From an uncultured Gemmatimonadales bacterium (GTDB lineage Bacteria; Gemmatimonadota; Gemmatimonadetes; Gemmatimonadales; GWC2-71-9), in assembly GCA_963771275.1 (NCBI GenBank), contig CAVYSW010000003.1, forward strand, positions 544,001-608,000: a stretch of 64,000 nucleotides of DNA, in the 5' to 3' direction. Positions 34,861 to 44,317 of the stretch are shown here, in pieces. A program made the position numbers and the translations under genes. The notes below the pieces were generated by a model. The model ran no database searches, had not been told where the DNA came from, and saw only the letters and a program-made list of their open reading frames with translations. Numbering within the stretch: position 1 is the stretch's first letter; every line of letters starts with the position of its first letter.

Positions 34861-36030
34861 ATGGCGACCGAGCCTGATACCGGTGCGGTACCCCTCACCC
34901 ACCTGTCCGAAGATGAAGAGATGTTCCGCGAGGCGGTGCGCGACTTTGCCGAGGCCGAAGTGCGACCCCGCGTGCACGCGATGGACCAGAAAGCAGAATT
35001 CGACCGGACGCTGATCCCCAAGATGGCCGAGCTGGGCCTCATGGGGATCGACGTGCCCGAGCAGTACGGCGGGGCGGGCGGCACGTTCTTCATGAGCGTG
35101 CTCGCGGTCGAGGAGCTGGCGCGCGTGGACGCCAGCACATCCGTGCTGGTGGACGTGCACAACACGCTGATGAACGTGGCGCTCGGCGGGTGGGGCGGCG
35201 ACGCCCTCAAGGCCAAGTACTTTCCGCGGCTCGCAGCCGGCGAGGTGGGCGCCTACGCGCTCTCCGAGGCCGGGTCGGGCTCGGATGCCTTCGCGCTCGC
35301 GGCGCGGGCCGAACCGCGTGGCGACGAGTGGATCCTGAACGGCCAGAAGCTCTGGGTCACCAACGGCAACGAGGCGGACCTGTTCGTCGTGTTCGCGACC
35401 GTGGACCCGTCCAGGGGCTACAAGGGGATCACCGGCTTCATGGTGGAGCGCGGGTTCGCCGGCTTCACCGTCGGCAAGAAGGAGGACAAGCTCGGGATCC
35501 GTGCGTCCAGCACGACCGAGCTGATCCTCGAGGACTGTGTGGTGCCCGGCGCGAACCTGCTCGGCGAGATCGGCAAGGGGTACAAGGTGGCGATCGAAAC
35601 CCTGAACGCCGGCCGCATCGGCATCGGCGCCCAGATGGTGGGAGTCGCCGAGGGGGCACTCCATGCCACCGTGAAGTACGTGATGGAGCGCCAGCAGTTC
35701 GGCCAGCCGCTGGGCGCGTTCCAGGCCGTGCAGTTCCAGCTCGCCCAGGCGGCGATGGAGCTGGAGGCCGCCCGGCTGCTGGTCTACAATGCGGCTCGCC
35801 TGCGTGACGCCGGCCAGTCGCACGCCGTCGAGGGCGCGATGGCGAAGCTCTACTCCTCCCAGGCGGCCGAGCGGATCACCAGCCTGTGCGTCGAGCTGTT
35901 CGGAGGGTACGGCTACACCAAGGAGTATCCGGTGGAGAAGTACTACCGCGACGCCAAGATCGGCACGATCTACGAGGGCACGAGCAACATGCAGCTGCAG
36001 ACGATCGCGAAGGCGCTGTTGCAGTCGTAG
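34861..36030 (+). CDS. Short/branched-chain acyl-CoA dehydrogenase
   Basis: YALSEAGSGSD, NGQKLWVTN, KLGIRASST, RQQFGQP, GGYGY, IYEGTSNMQ. Confidence 0.93.
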   Translation: MATEPDTGAVPLTHLSEDEEMFREAVRDFAEAEVRPRVHAMDQKAEFDRTLIPKMAELGLMGIDVPEQYGGAGGTFFMSVLAVEELARVDASTSVLVDVHNTLMNVALGGWGGDALKAKYFPRLAAGEVGAYALSEAGSGSDAFALAARAEPRGDEWILNGQKLWVTNGNEADLFVVFATVDPSRGYKGITGFMVERGFAGFTVGKKEDKLGIRASSTTELILEDCVVPGANLLGEIGKGYKVAIETLNAGRIGIGAQMVGVAEGALHATVKYVMERQQFGQPLGAFQAVQFQLAQAAMELEAARLLVYNAARLRDAGQSHAVEGAMAKLYSSQAAERITSLCVELFGGYGYTKEYPVEKYYRDAKIGTIYEGTSNMQLQTIAKALLQS

Positions 36031-36033
36031 CCG

Positions 36034-39000
36034 GTGAGTCTCCTCCACCTCTATCGCCACCCCGGCCTTTCCGAGGCGCGCCGGCGGTCCCTGCTGGAGG
36101 CGCTGCGGCAGCGCGCGGGGCAGGCGATCGGGGATCTCGACACCGAGTTCTGCTTCAACATCGAGCTTCGCGCCCCACTCACCACCCGGGAGATGGGGCT
36201 GCTCGGGTGGTTGCTGCGGGAGACGTTCGCGCCGCACGGGTTCGGCCCGGCGTCGTTCTTGGCCGGCGGCGCCACGGTGCTCGAGGTCGGCCCGCGGATG
36301 AACTTCACGACCGCGTGGTCCACCAACGCGGTGGCGGTCTGCCAGGCCTGCGGGCTCACCAAGGTGCGGCGGATCGAGCGCTCGCGCCGCTACCGCATCG
36401 ACGGGGGCCCCGCGCCCACCTCGTCCGACATGGCGCGGCTTCTGGCCGCCGTACACGACCGGATGACGGAGTGCCCCTACCCCCGCCCGCTCGAGTCCTT
36501 CGCCACCGGCATCACGCCGGAGGCCGTGTTCGCGGTACCGGTGCTCGAGGAGGGCCGGGGGGCGCTGGAACGGATCAACCGGGCGATGGGCCTCGCGTTC
36601 GACGACCGGGATCTCGACTACTACACCGACCTGTTCGCCAACCGGTTGCGGCGCAATCCCACGAGCGTCGAGTGCTTCGACATGGCGCAGTCGAACAGCG
36701 AGCACTCGCGGCACTGGTTCTTCCGCGGGCGGCTCGTGATCGACGGCGTGGAGGCCCCCGCCCACCTGCTGCGCCTGATCAAGGGGACGCTGGACGCGCA
36801 CTCGAACAACTCGGTGATCGCGTTCTGCGATAACTCGAGCGCCATCCGGGGCTATCCGGTGAGGACGCTGCTGCCGGAGCGGCCGGGCGCGCCGTCGCCG
36901 CTGGTCGAACGGGCGACGGAGTATCACATCATCTTCACGGCGGAGACCCACAACTTCCCGTCGGGCGTCGCGCCGTTTCCCGGCGCTGAGACCGGCACGG
37001 GCGGGCGGATTCGCGACGTGCACGCCACCGGTCGCGGCGCCCTCGTGGTGGCCGGCACCGCCGCCTACTGCGTGGGGAACCTGCGCATCCCCGGCTACGC
37101 GCTGCCGTGGGAGGACGCCTCGTTCGCCTACCCGGGGAGCCTCGCCCCGCCCTTGCAGATCGAGATCGAGGCCTCGAACGGCGCCTCCGACTACGGCAAC
37201 AAGTTCGGCGAACCGGTGATTCAGGGATTCACGCGCTCGTTCGGGCTGCGGCTGCCGGGCGGTGAGCGCCGCGAGTGGCTCAAGCCGATCATGTTCAGCG
37301 GCGGCATCGGGCAGCTGGACGCGCGGCACGTGACCAAGGGCGCGCCGGCCCGCGACATGTGGGTGGTGAAGATCGGCGGGCCGGCGTATCGCATCGGGAT
37401 GGGCGGCGGGGCGGCCTCCAGCATGGTGCAGGGCGAGAACGTGGCCGAGCTCGACTTCAACGCGGTGCAGCGCGGCGACGCGGAGATGGAGCAGAAGGTG
37501 AATCGCGTGATCCGGGCGTGCGTCGAGCTGGGGGACGCCAATCCGATCGTCGCGATCCACGACCAGGGGGCGGGCGGCAACTGCAACGTCCTCAAGGAGA
37601 TCGTGGCGCCGGCCGGGGCGGTCATCGAGGCGCGCGCGATCCCGGTGGGAGACGACACGCTGTCGGTGCTGGAGATCTGGGGTGCCGAGTATCAGGAACA
37701 GGACGCCCTGCTGCTGCGACCGGAGCACGCGTCGCTGTTCCGGGACCTGTGCGCGCGGGAAAACGTGCCGGTCGCCTTCGTCGGTCGGATCACGGGAGAC
37801 GGCCGGATCGTGCTCCACGACGAGCGGGACGGGACGACGCCGGTCAACCTCGATCTCGCGACCGTGCTCGGCGACATGCCCGCCAAGACGTTCGGGCTGC
37901 AGCGCGTCGCCCCGCGGCTCGAACCGCTGCGGCTGCCGCCCGACCTCACGGTGCGCGCGGCCCTGGAGCGCGTGCTGCGCCTGGTGTCGGTGGGCTCGAA
38001 GCGCTTCCTCACGACCAAAGTGGACCGGAGCGTCACCGGCCTCGTGGCGCGCCAGCAGTGCGCCGGCCCGCTGCAGCTCACCGTCGCAGACGTGGCCGTG
38101 ATCGCCCAAAGTCACTGCGGGATCACGGGGGCGGCCACCGCGATCGGCGAGCAGCCGATCAAGGCCCTGCTGCACCCGGCGGCGATGGCCCGGATGACGG
38201 TCGGTGAGGCGCTCACGAACCTCGTGTGGGCCCGGGTGAGCGCGCTCGAGGACGTGAAGTGCTCCGGCAACTGGATGTGGGCCGCGAAGCTGCCGGGTGA
38301 GGGCGCCGCCCTGTACGATGCGGCCGTCGCACTGTGCGATCTGCTGATCCGGCTCGGGATCGCCGTCGACGGCGGCAAGGATAGCCTCTCGATGGCGGCG
38401 CTCGCCCCGGGGCCCAATGGGAAGCAGGAGATTGTGAAGGCCCCCGGCACGCTCGTGGTGTCCGCGTACGTGACCTGCCCGGACATCACCAAGACCGTGA
38501 CGCCGGACCTCAAGCGCCCGGGCGCGACCCGGCTGCTCTACGTCGATCTGGCCGGCGGCCGAGAGCGACTGGGCGGCTCGGCCCTGGCGCACGTGTTCGG
38601 GCAGCTTGGCGACGCGTGCCCCGACGTCGAGGACGGCGGCCTGCTCGCTCGGGCGTTCAATACCGTGCAGCGGTTGCTGGACGGCGAGCTGATTCTCGCC
38701 GGTCACGATCGGAGCGACGGCGGGCTGGTCACGACGCTGCTCGAGATGGCGTTCGCCGGCGACTGCGGGTTCGAGGTCGATGTCCCGGCGCCAGCGCGCG
38801 ATCCGTTGGCGGCGCTGTTCACCGAGGAGCTCGGCCTGGTGATGGAGGTGGCGGACGCAGACGTCGCAGAGGTCCAGCGGGTCTGCGGCGACGCCCAGCT
38901 CCCGTGCGTCGTGCTGGGTCCCACCACGCCGGAGCGCCGCGTGCGCATCCGCTGCGCCGGCCGCGTGGTGCTGGATGAGGACGTCGCCGAGCTGCGCGAC

Positions 39001-39957
39001 CTCTGGGAGGCGACCAGCTTCGCGCTCGACCGGCTGCAGGCGGACCCCGCGTGCGTCACGGCAGAGCAGGAGTGCCTCGCGCGGCGGACGGCACCGCCCT
39101 ACGCGCTGTCCTACATTCCCCGGGAAACCCCGCCGGCCGTGCTGGGGTCGACCCGCAAGCCGCGCGTCGCGATTGTCCGGGAGGAAGGCAGCAACGGCGA
39201 TCGGGAGATGGCGTCGGCGTTCCACGCCGCCGGGTTCGAGCCGTGGGACGTCGTGATGGCGGACCTGCTGCGGGGGAAGGTGGCGCTCGCCCAGTTCCGC
39301 GGCGTGGCGTTCGTCGGCGGGTTCAGCTTCGCGGACGTGATGGACTCGGCCAAGGGGTGGGCTGGGGTCTCACGCTTCAACCGCGGCCTCTGGGACCAGT
39401 TCGAGGCGTTCTACGCGCGCCCGGACACGTTCAGCCTCGGCGTGTGCAACGGCTGCCAGCTCGCGGCGCTCCTGGGGTGGGTGCCGTGGCGCGGCATCCC
39501 CGACGAGCGCCAGCCCCGGTTCATCCAGAACGGGTCGGGCCGGTTCGAGTCGCGGTTCGCGACCGTCCGGATCGAGTCCAGCCCGGCGATCATGCTGCGC
39601 GGAATGGCGGGCTCCATCCTCGGCATCTGGTCGGCGCATGGCGAGGGCCGGGCCTACTTCCCCGACCCGGAGATCCTGGACCGCGTCGAGCGGGAGCGCC
39701 TCGTACCGCTCCGGTTCGCGGATGACGCCGGGGTCGCCACGGAGCGGTACCCGTTTGATCCGAACGGATCACCGCGCGGGATCGCGGGGCTCTGCTCCCC
39801 GGATGGGCGGCACCTCGCGGTGATGCCCCATCCGGAGCGCACCTTTCTGAAATGGCAGTGGGGCTGGATGCCGGAGGCCTGGCAGCGCGGTCTCGCGGTG
39901 TCGCCCTGGTTGACCATGTTCCAGAACGCGCGAGCGTGGTGCGGCCCAACCGCCTGA
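36034..39957 (+). CDS. purL: Phosphoribosylformylglycinamidine synthase, large single-chain type
   Basis: NSEHSRH, AETHNFP, IHDQGAGG, DGGKDSLSM, HDRSDGG; glutaminase REEGSNG, LGVCNGCQ, MPHPER. Confidence 0.96.
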   Translation: MSLLHLYRHPGLSEARRRSLLEALRQRAGQAIGDLDTEFCFNIELRAPLTTREMGLLGWLLRETFAPHGFGPASFLAGGATVLEVGPRMNFTTAWSTNAVAVCQACGLTKVRRIERSRRYRIDGGPAPTSSDMARLLAAVHDRMTECPYPRPLESFATGITPEAVFAVPVLEEGRGALERINRAMGLAFDDRDLDYYTDLFANRLRRNPTSVECFDMAQSNSEHSRHWFFRGRLVIDGVEAPAHLLRLIKGTLDAHSNNSVIAFCDNSSAIRGYPVRTLLPERPGAPSPLVERATEYHIIFTAETHNFPSGVAPFPGAETGTGGRIRDVHATGRGALVVAGTAAYCVGNLRIPGYALPWEDASFAYPGSLAPPLQIEIEASNGASDYGNKFGEPVIQGFTRSFGLRLPGGERREWLKPIMFSGGIGQLDARHVTKGAPARDMWVVKIGGPAYRIGMGGGAASSMVQGENVAELDFNAVQRGDAEMEQKVNRVIRACVELGDANPIVAIHDQGAGGNCNVLKEIVAPAGAVIEARAIPVGDDTLSVLEIWGAEYQEQDALLLRPEHASLFRDLCARENVPVAFVGRITGDGRIVLHDERDGTTPVNLDLATVLGDMPAKTFGLQRVAPRLEPLRLPPDLTVRAALERVLRLVSVGSKRFLTTKVDRSVTGLVARQQCAGPLQLTVADVAVIAQSHCGITGAATAIGEQPIKALLHPAAMARMTVGEALTNLVWARVSALEDVKCSGNWMWAAKLPGEGAALYDAAVALCDLLIRLGIAVDGGKDSLSMAALAPGPNGKQEIVKAPGTLVVSAYVTCPDITKTVTPDLKRPGATRLLYVDLAGGRERLGGSALAHVFGQLGDACPDVEDGGLLARAFNTVQRLLDGELILAGHDRSDGGLVTTLLEMAFAGDCGFEVDVPAPARDPLAALFTEELGLVMEVADADVAEVQRVCGDAQLPCVVLGPTTPERRVRIRCAGRVVLDEDVAELRDLWEATSFALDRLQADPACVTAEQECLARRTAPPYALSYIPRETPPAVLGSTRKPRVAIVREEGSNGDREMASAFHAAGFEPWDVVMADLLRGKVALAQFRGVAFVGGFSFADVMDSAKGWAGVSRFNRGLWDQFEAFYARPDTFSLGVCNGCQLAALLGWVPWRGIPDERQPRFIQNGSGRFESRFATVRIESSPAIMLRGMAGSILGIWSAHGEGRAYFPDPEILDRVERERLVPLRFADDAGVATERYPFDPNGSPRGIAGLCSPDGRHLAVMPHPERTFLKWQWGWMPEAWQRGLAVSPWLTMFQNARAWCGPTA

Positions 39958-40006
39958 GCCGCATGGTGTTGACGACGCGTTGACAGCGCGCCACTATCGT
40001 AGCGCC

Positions 40007-41074
40007 ATGAAACCAACCTCGCTCGCGTTCCTGCGAACGCTGCTCGACGCGCCCGGGCCGTCGGGCTTTGAGACCGCTCCTGCCGCCGCCTGGCGGGAGG
40101 AGGCCGGGACGATCGCCGATACGGTCCGCGCGGACGTGTCCGGCAACTCGGTTGCCGTGCTCAACGCCGACGGCGCTCCCAAGGTGATGCTCGCCGGTCA
40201 CATTGACGAGATCGGCCTGATGATCGTCCACGTGGACGACGAGGGCTTCCTCTATTTCCAGGGGATCGGCGGCTGGGACAGCCAGGTCCTGGTGGGCCAG
40301 CGTGTCCTGATCGCCGCCAAGGGCGGGCCGGTGCCCGGGGTGATCGGCAAGAAGCCGGTACACCTCATCAAGACCGAGGATCGGGACAAGGTCACGAAGA
40401 TCACGGATCTCTGGATCGACATCGGGGCCCGGGACCGCAAGGACGCCCTCAAGCGCGTGCGGGTGGGAGATCCGGCGGTGATCGCGAGCGCCTCGGTGGA
40501 GCTGCCGAATGGGAGGCTCGCCTCCCGCAGCATCGATAACCGGATCGGCGCGTTCATCGTGCTCGAGGCGCTGCGGCTGCTCAAGGGCACGCGGCTCAAG
40601 GCGGCGGTGTACGCCGTGGCGACGTCGCAGGAGGAGATCAGCTGGTTCGGCGGCGGGGCACGCACCAGTGCCGCCGGGATCGACCCGGCGGTCGCGGTCG
40701 TGGTGGACGTGACACACGCCACGGACAACCCCGGGGTGGAGAAGAAGGAGGTGGGCGATTTTCGGCTGGGCGGCGGCCCCGTGCTGGCCCGCGGCTCCGC
40801 GGTGAACCCGGTGGTGTTCGAGATGCTGGCCGAAACGGCGGAGCGCGAGAAGATCCCGTACGCGATTCAGGCGGCGCCGCGGGATACCGGCACCGATGCC
40901 GACGCGATCTACACGGCACAGCACGGCATCGCGACGGGGCTGGTATCGATCCCCAACCGCTATATGCACAGCCCGAGCGAGATGGTGGACCTGGGAGACC
41001 TCGAGCGGGCGGCCAAGCTGCTCGCCGCCTTCGCACGCCGGGTGACCCCGGCGACGGACTTCACCCCGCGCTAG
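40007..41074 (+). CDS. M42-family metallopeptidase (TET-like aminopeptidase)
   Basis: GPSGFE, GHIDEIG, IDNRIG, SQEEI, VDVTHA, GTDA, RYMHSP. Confidence 0.92.
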   Translation: MKPTSLAFLRTLLDAPGPSGFETAPAAAWREEAGTIADTVRADVSGNSVAVLNADGAPKVMLAGHIDEIGLMIVHVDDEGFLYFQGIGGWDSQVLVGQRVLIAAKGGPVPGVIGKKPVHLIKTEDRDKVTKITDLWIDIGARDRKDALKRVRVGDPAVIASASVELPNGRLASRSIDNRIGAFIVLEALRLLKGTRLKAAVYAVATSQEEISWFGGGARTSAAGIDPAVAVVVDVTHATDNPGVEKKEVGDFRLGGGPVLARGSAVNPVVFEMLAETAEREKIPYAIQAAPRDTGTDADAIYTAQHGIATGLVSIPNRYMHSPSEMVDLGDLERAAKLLAAFARRVTPATDFTPR

Positions 41075-42602
41075 CGCGCGCCTTTTCGAGCGCCGCCGCC
41101 GCCGCCGCCCGGATGTCCCCCGAGCGGCTGGTGGCCAGCTGTTTCAGCGTCTCCAGAGCGGGCCCGGTTCCGGCCGTGCCGAGCGCCTCGATCGCGGCAA
41201 GGCGCGGTCCCGCAGGCTTGCGGGAGAGCAGGCCCCCGCCCGACGACTCCTTGATCAGCACCTGGACCGCATCGGGCGTCCCAATGCGCCCCAGCGCCCG
41301 GTAGAACTCGCCCCGAATATCCGGGTCTTCCTCCGCGCCGGCCGCGCTCACCAGCGGCATGGCGAGGCCGCCGAGCGCCCGGCCACCAACCTCCCGCACG
41401 ACTGCCATCCGCACTTCCGGGTCGGGGTCGACCAGGGCCTTGCGCAGGTGGAGCGCCGTTTCGGCGGTGCCGATCCGCGCGAGGGCCACCCCAACCGAGC
41501 GCCGCACCCGGGGGTCGTCATGCGACATGGCCCGGCTGAGCGCGGCCGTGGCCTCGGCGATCCCGAGCTCGCCCACGAGGTCGGCCGCATTCCGCACGAC
41601 GAACCACTCGTGGTGGTTGAGCAGGCTCGCGATCACGTCCATGCCCTCTTCGAGCATCCGGAGGGCCTTGAGGCAGGCGCGCCGCTCCATCTGGCTCGGC
41701 GCCTCGATCAGCAGATCGAGCAGCGTCTTCGTGCCCTGCGTGCCGGCCCGCCGCATCAGCAGCACGATGTCGTCGTGATACACCTCGTCGAACACGTACG
41801 GCGCGAACCGGCGGAGCGTGTCGGCGGTGAGAATGCGGCGCAGCGCGATGCCGTAGGCGCGCTGGGCCTCGGGGTTCGTGGTCTCTCGCTCCTGGTGGAT
41901 CATCCGCAGGATGGCTTCGATCGCCTGATTCAGCTCCCCGGTGTTCAGCGCCTTCGCCAGCCCGTGCTGAACCTGATCGAGCTTCGAGAGCAGCTGGAGG
42001 TTGTCGGCTTCGTCCGCCAGCCGGGCGACCGCCGCGACCAGGGTGTTCCCCTGGGCCCGCTGCTGTCGGATCATCTCGTCGTAGGCGGCGGTGCCTGATT
42101 CCGGCGCGATCTCCCCCGGCACCAGTCCGGCCGGCCGCTGCCGCAGCGCTCCAAGAGGGACCTGGAGGGCGTCGGTGATGCGCGTGTCGCGCTGCATCTG
42201 GCCGGCGGACTCGAGCTCGGCGGAGACAACCGCCACGCTCGCCACCTGCGCCTGCCGCAGCTGCTCCGCCACGTGCCTGCCGCCGCGGCCCGGGGGCGCG
42301 GCCAGCATCCGGAGCACCTGGGCGAGATCCACGGCGGAGGCCCCAAACCCGATCAGCACTCGGCCCACGTCATGCGCCCCGAACCGCTCGCGCACAACCT
42401 CGGCGAAGGGGGTGTCTTCAGGCACCATGAACCCTTCGACCACCACGTGGCCGCCGGCCACGACGATCGTCATGCTGCGGCCGGCCACGAGCGCGACGAG
42501 CGCCCGGAGAGCCGCCCGATGATCCTCCGTGGTTTCCGTGCCGCGGGCCATCAGCCCGAGCAGCCGCCCGAACAGGACCGTGAGTTTGACTTCGTCTCGC
42601 AT
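41061..42602 (-). CDS. HEAT-repeat protein, paralogue 1
   Basis: WFVVRNAADLVGELG, HDDPRVRRS, DPDPEVR repeats; 14-bp convergent overlap with the M42 gene. Confidence 0.8.
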   Translation of the reverse strand: MRDEVKLTVLFGRLLGLMARGTETTEDHRAALRALVALVAGRSMTIVVAGGHVVVEGFMVPEDTPFAEVVRERFGAHDVGRVLIGFGASAVDLAQVLRMLAAPPGRGGRHVAEQLRQAQVASVAVVSAELESAGQMQRDTRITDALQVPLGALRQRPAGLVPGEIAPESGTAAYDEMIRQQRAQGNTLVAAVARLADEADNLQLLSKLDQVQHGLAKALNTGELNQAIEAILRMIHQERETTNPEAQRAYGIALRRILTADTLRRFAPYVFDEVYHDDIVLLMRRAGTQGTKTLLDLLIEAPSQMERRACLKALRMLEEGMDVIASLLNHHEWFVVRNAADLVGELGIAEATAALSRAMSHDDPRVRRSVGVALARIGTAETALHLRKALVDPDPEVRMAVVREVGGRALGGLAMPLVSAAGAEEDPDIRGEFYRALGRIGTPDAVQVLIKESSGGGLLSRKPAGPRLAAIEALGTAGTGPALETLKQLATSRSGDIRAAAAAALEKARASAG

Positions 42603-42655
42603 GTGCGTCCACCGAAAATACGGGTGGGTCGTGCGCCCGGCAACGCGCTCTCGTG

Positions 42656-44137
42656 CTAGAGCACGTCGAGGTCTTCGAGCGCCTCCCGCGCCGCACGCCG
42701 GACCTCCGGCTCGCGGTCGTCGAGCAGCGCCTCGAGCGTGCCGATCGCCGCCGCCCCACCCGCAAGCTTCAGGCCTTCGATCGCGGCCAACCGGTCGCCC
42801 GGACGGCGGCGCCACAGCCGCCAGCGCCCCGGCTGGGCGGCGCGCGCCAGCGCCTGGACTGCGGCCGCCGTCCCGAGCCGGCCCAACGCGCGCGAGTATT
42901 CCAGCAGCACCCGGGGATCGCGCTCGCGCTCGGCCGCCAGGACCAGCGGCATGGCCAACCCCTCCATCTCGCGGCCGCCGATGGCAACCGCCACCGCCGC
43001 CCGCAGGTCGGCATCTTCATCCTGCAGCAGGCCGGCCAGGTGCTCGACCGTGGCGGCCGTGCCGACGCGCGCCAGCGCCAGGGCCGCGGCGCGACGGACG
43101 CGGACGTCCGGGTGGCGCAACGTCCGCGCCAGCGCCGGCACCGCCTCTTCGACCCGCAGCTCGCCGAGCAGGTCCGCGATGTTCCGCACGGCGAACCACT
43201 CTGGGTGTCCGAGCATCAGGATCACCTGCCGCAGTCCTTCGGTCTGACCCTTGAGCAGATCGAAGAAGTGACGCCGGTCCGCCATCGAGTCGGCCTGCAC
43301 CAGCCGCTGGATCAGCACCTCGGTGGCCTCGGCCCCGGCCCGCCGGAGCACCCGGCGTGCCGCCTCGCCGGTGGCGGGCTCGCGGGCGAGCTGAATGGCG
43401 GCGTGCAGCAGGGAGCCCGTCAGCAGGCGCTTGAGCGTGATCGCGAAGCTGTTCCGGGCGCTCCCCTCAGGGAGCGCGCCCTCGAGCCGTGCCATCTCCG
43501 CCACCGCCCGCAGCACTTCCGGCATGCGGCCCGCCTCGATCTCCTCGCGGAGGACGTCCGCGGCGGCGGTGAGACGGTCGAGGATGTCCGGCCCTGCGGG
43601 GTCGAGCGCCAGCCCCGCGAGCGCCGTCTCGAGCGCGGCCTCCGGCGCGGGTGGCGCCGCTTCCGCCAGCACCGCCTGCACGTCTTCCGCGTCGAACGCC
43701 TGCGTCACGCCCATGGGTCGGGCGCCGGGGGGCTGCACCTCGGGGTGGACCGTCAGGACCGTCACGGTCGTCACGCTGGAATCGCGCAGTCGTCCCCCAA
43801 TGTCCCGCTCGTCGGTGTATCCACCGAGGTTCACGGCGAGGGCGCGCAGCAGTTGCAACAGGTCGGCCGCGGCGGCGTTCTGCTCGATCCGGATCTCCGT
43901 CACGCCGTGCGCCCCCATCTGGCTCATCAGCGCGGCGATCCCGGGCAGCGTCACCGCGACCGGCGTCGCCTCGATGGTGAGGCCCTCGGGCTCCAGGCGC
44001 AGCGTGGCGCCGCCGAGTTTGGTGAGCGCGAACAGCGCCCGGAGCACGGCCTTCTGCTCGTCGATCGCGTCGGGACGGCGGCGGAACACGTCCACCGCCC
44101 GCCCGAGCGTGATCGCGAAATTGTCGTAGTTGAGCAT
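42656..44137 (-). CDS. HEAT-repeat protein, paralogue 2
   Basis: WFAVRNIADLLGELR, HPDVRVRRA, DREPEVRRAA; co-linear similarity with 41061-42602. Confidence 0.8.
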   Translation of the reverse strand: MLNYDNFAITLGRAVDVFRRRPDAIDEQKAVLRALFALTKLGGATLRLEPEGLTIEATPVAVTLPGIAALMSQMGAHGVTEIRIEQNAAAADLLQLLRALAVNLGGYTDERDIGGRLRDSSVTTVTVLTVHPEVQPPGARPMGVTQAFDAEDVQAVLAEAAPPAPEAALETALAGLALDPAGPDILDRLTAAADVLREEIEAGRMPEVLRAVAEMARLEGALPEGSARNSFAITLKRLLTGSLLHAAIQLAREPATGEAARRVLRRAGAEATEVLIQRLVQADSMADRRHFFDLLKGQTEGLRQVILMLGHPEWFAVRNIADLLGELRVEEAVPALARTLRHPDVRVRRAAALALARVGTAATVEHLAGLLQDEDADLRAAVAVAIGGREMEGLAMPLVLAAERERDPRVLLEYSRALGRLGTAAAVQALARAAQPGRWRLWRRRPGDRLAAIEGLKLAGGAAAIGTLEALLDDREPEVRRAAREALEDLDVL

Positions 44138-44317
44138 CGCCGGTCGCCGAAGATACCGGCGCGGGACCCCTCGCGGCAACGCGCCGCAGTCGGGGCCCTG
44201 CACGGAGCCCCGTGCCCGATTAAGTTTGAACGATCCCCGCGCACGCCGCGGGGATGAAAGTCTCTGCGTGGCAACGCCTTGCCGCCTCGTTCATTCCCCC
44301 AGCGCAGGATGACCTGC

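Noticed and set aside
44269..44284. TGGCAACGCCTTGC as a sigma54 promoter for the M28 peptidase
   Set aside because: GG-to-GC spacing is one base short of the strict -24/-12 requirement; it is just a short inverted repeat GGCAA/TTGCC.
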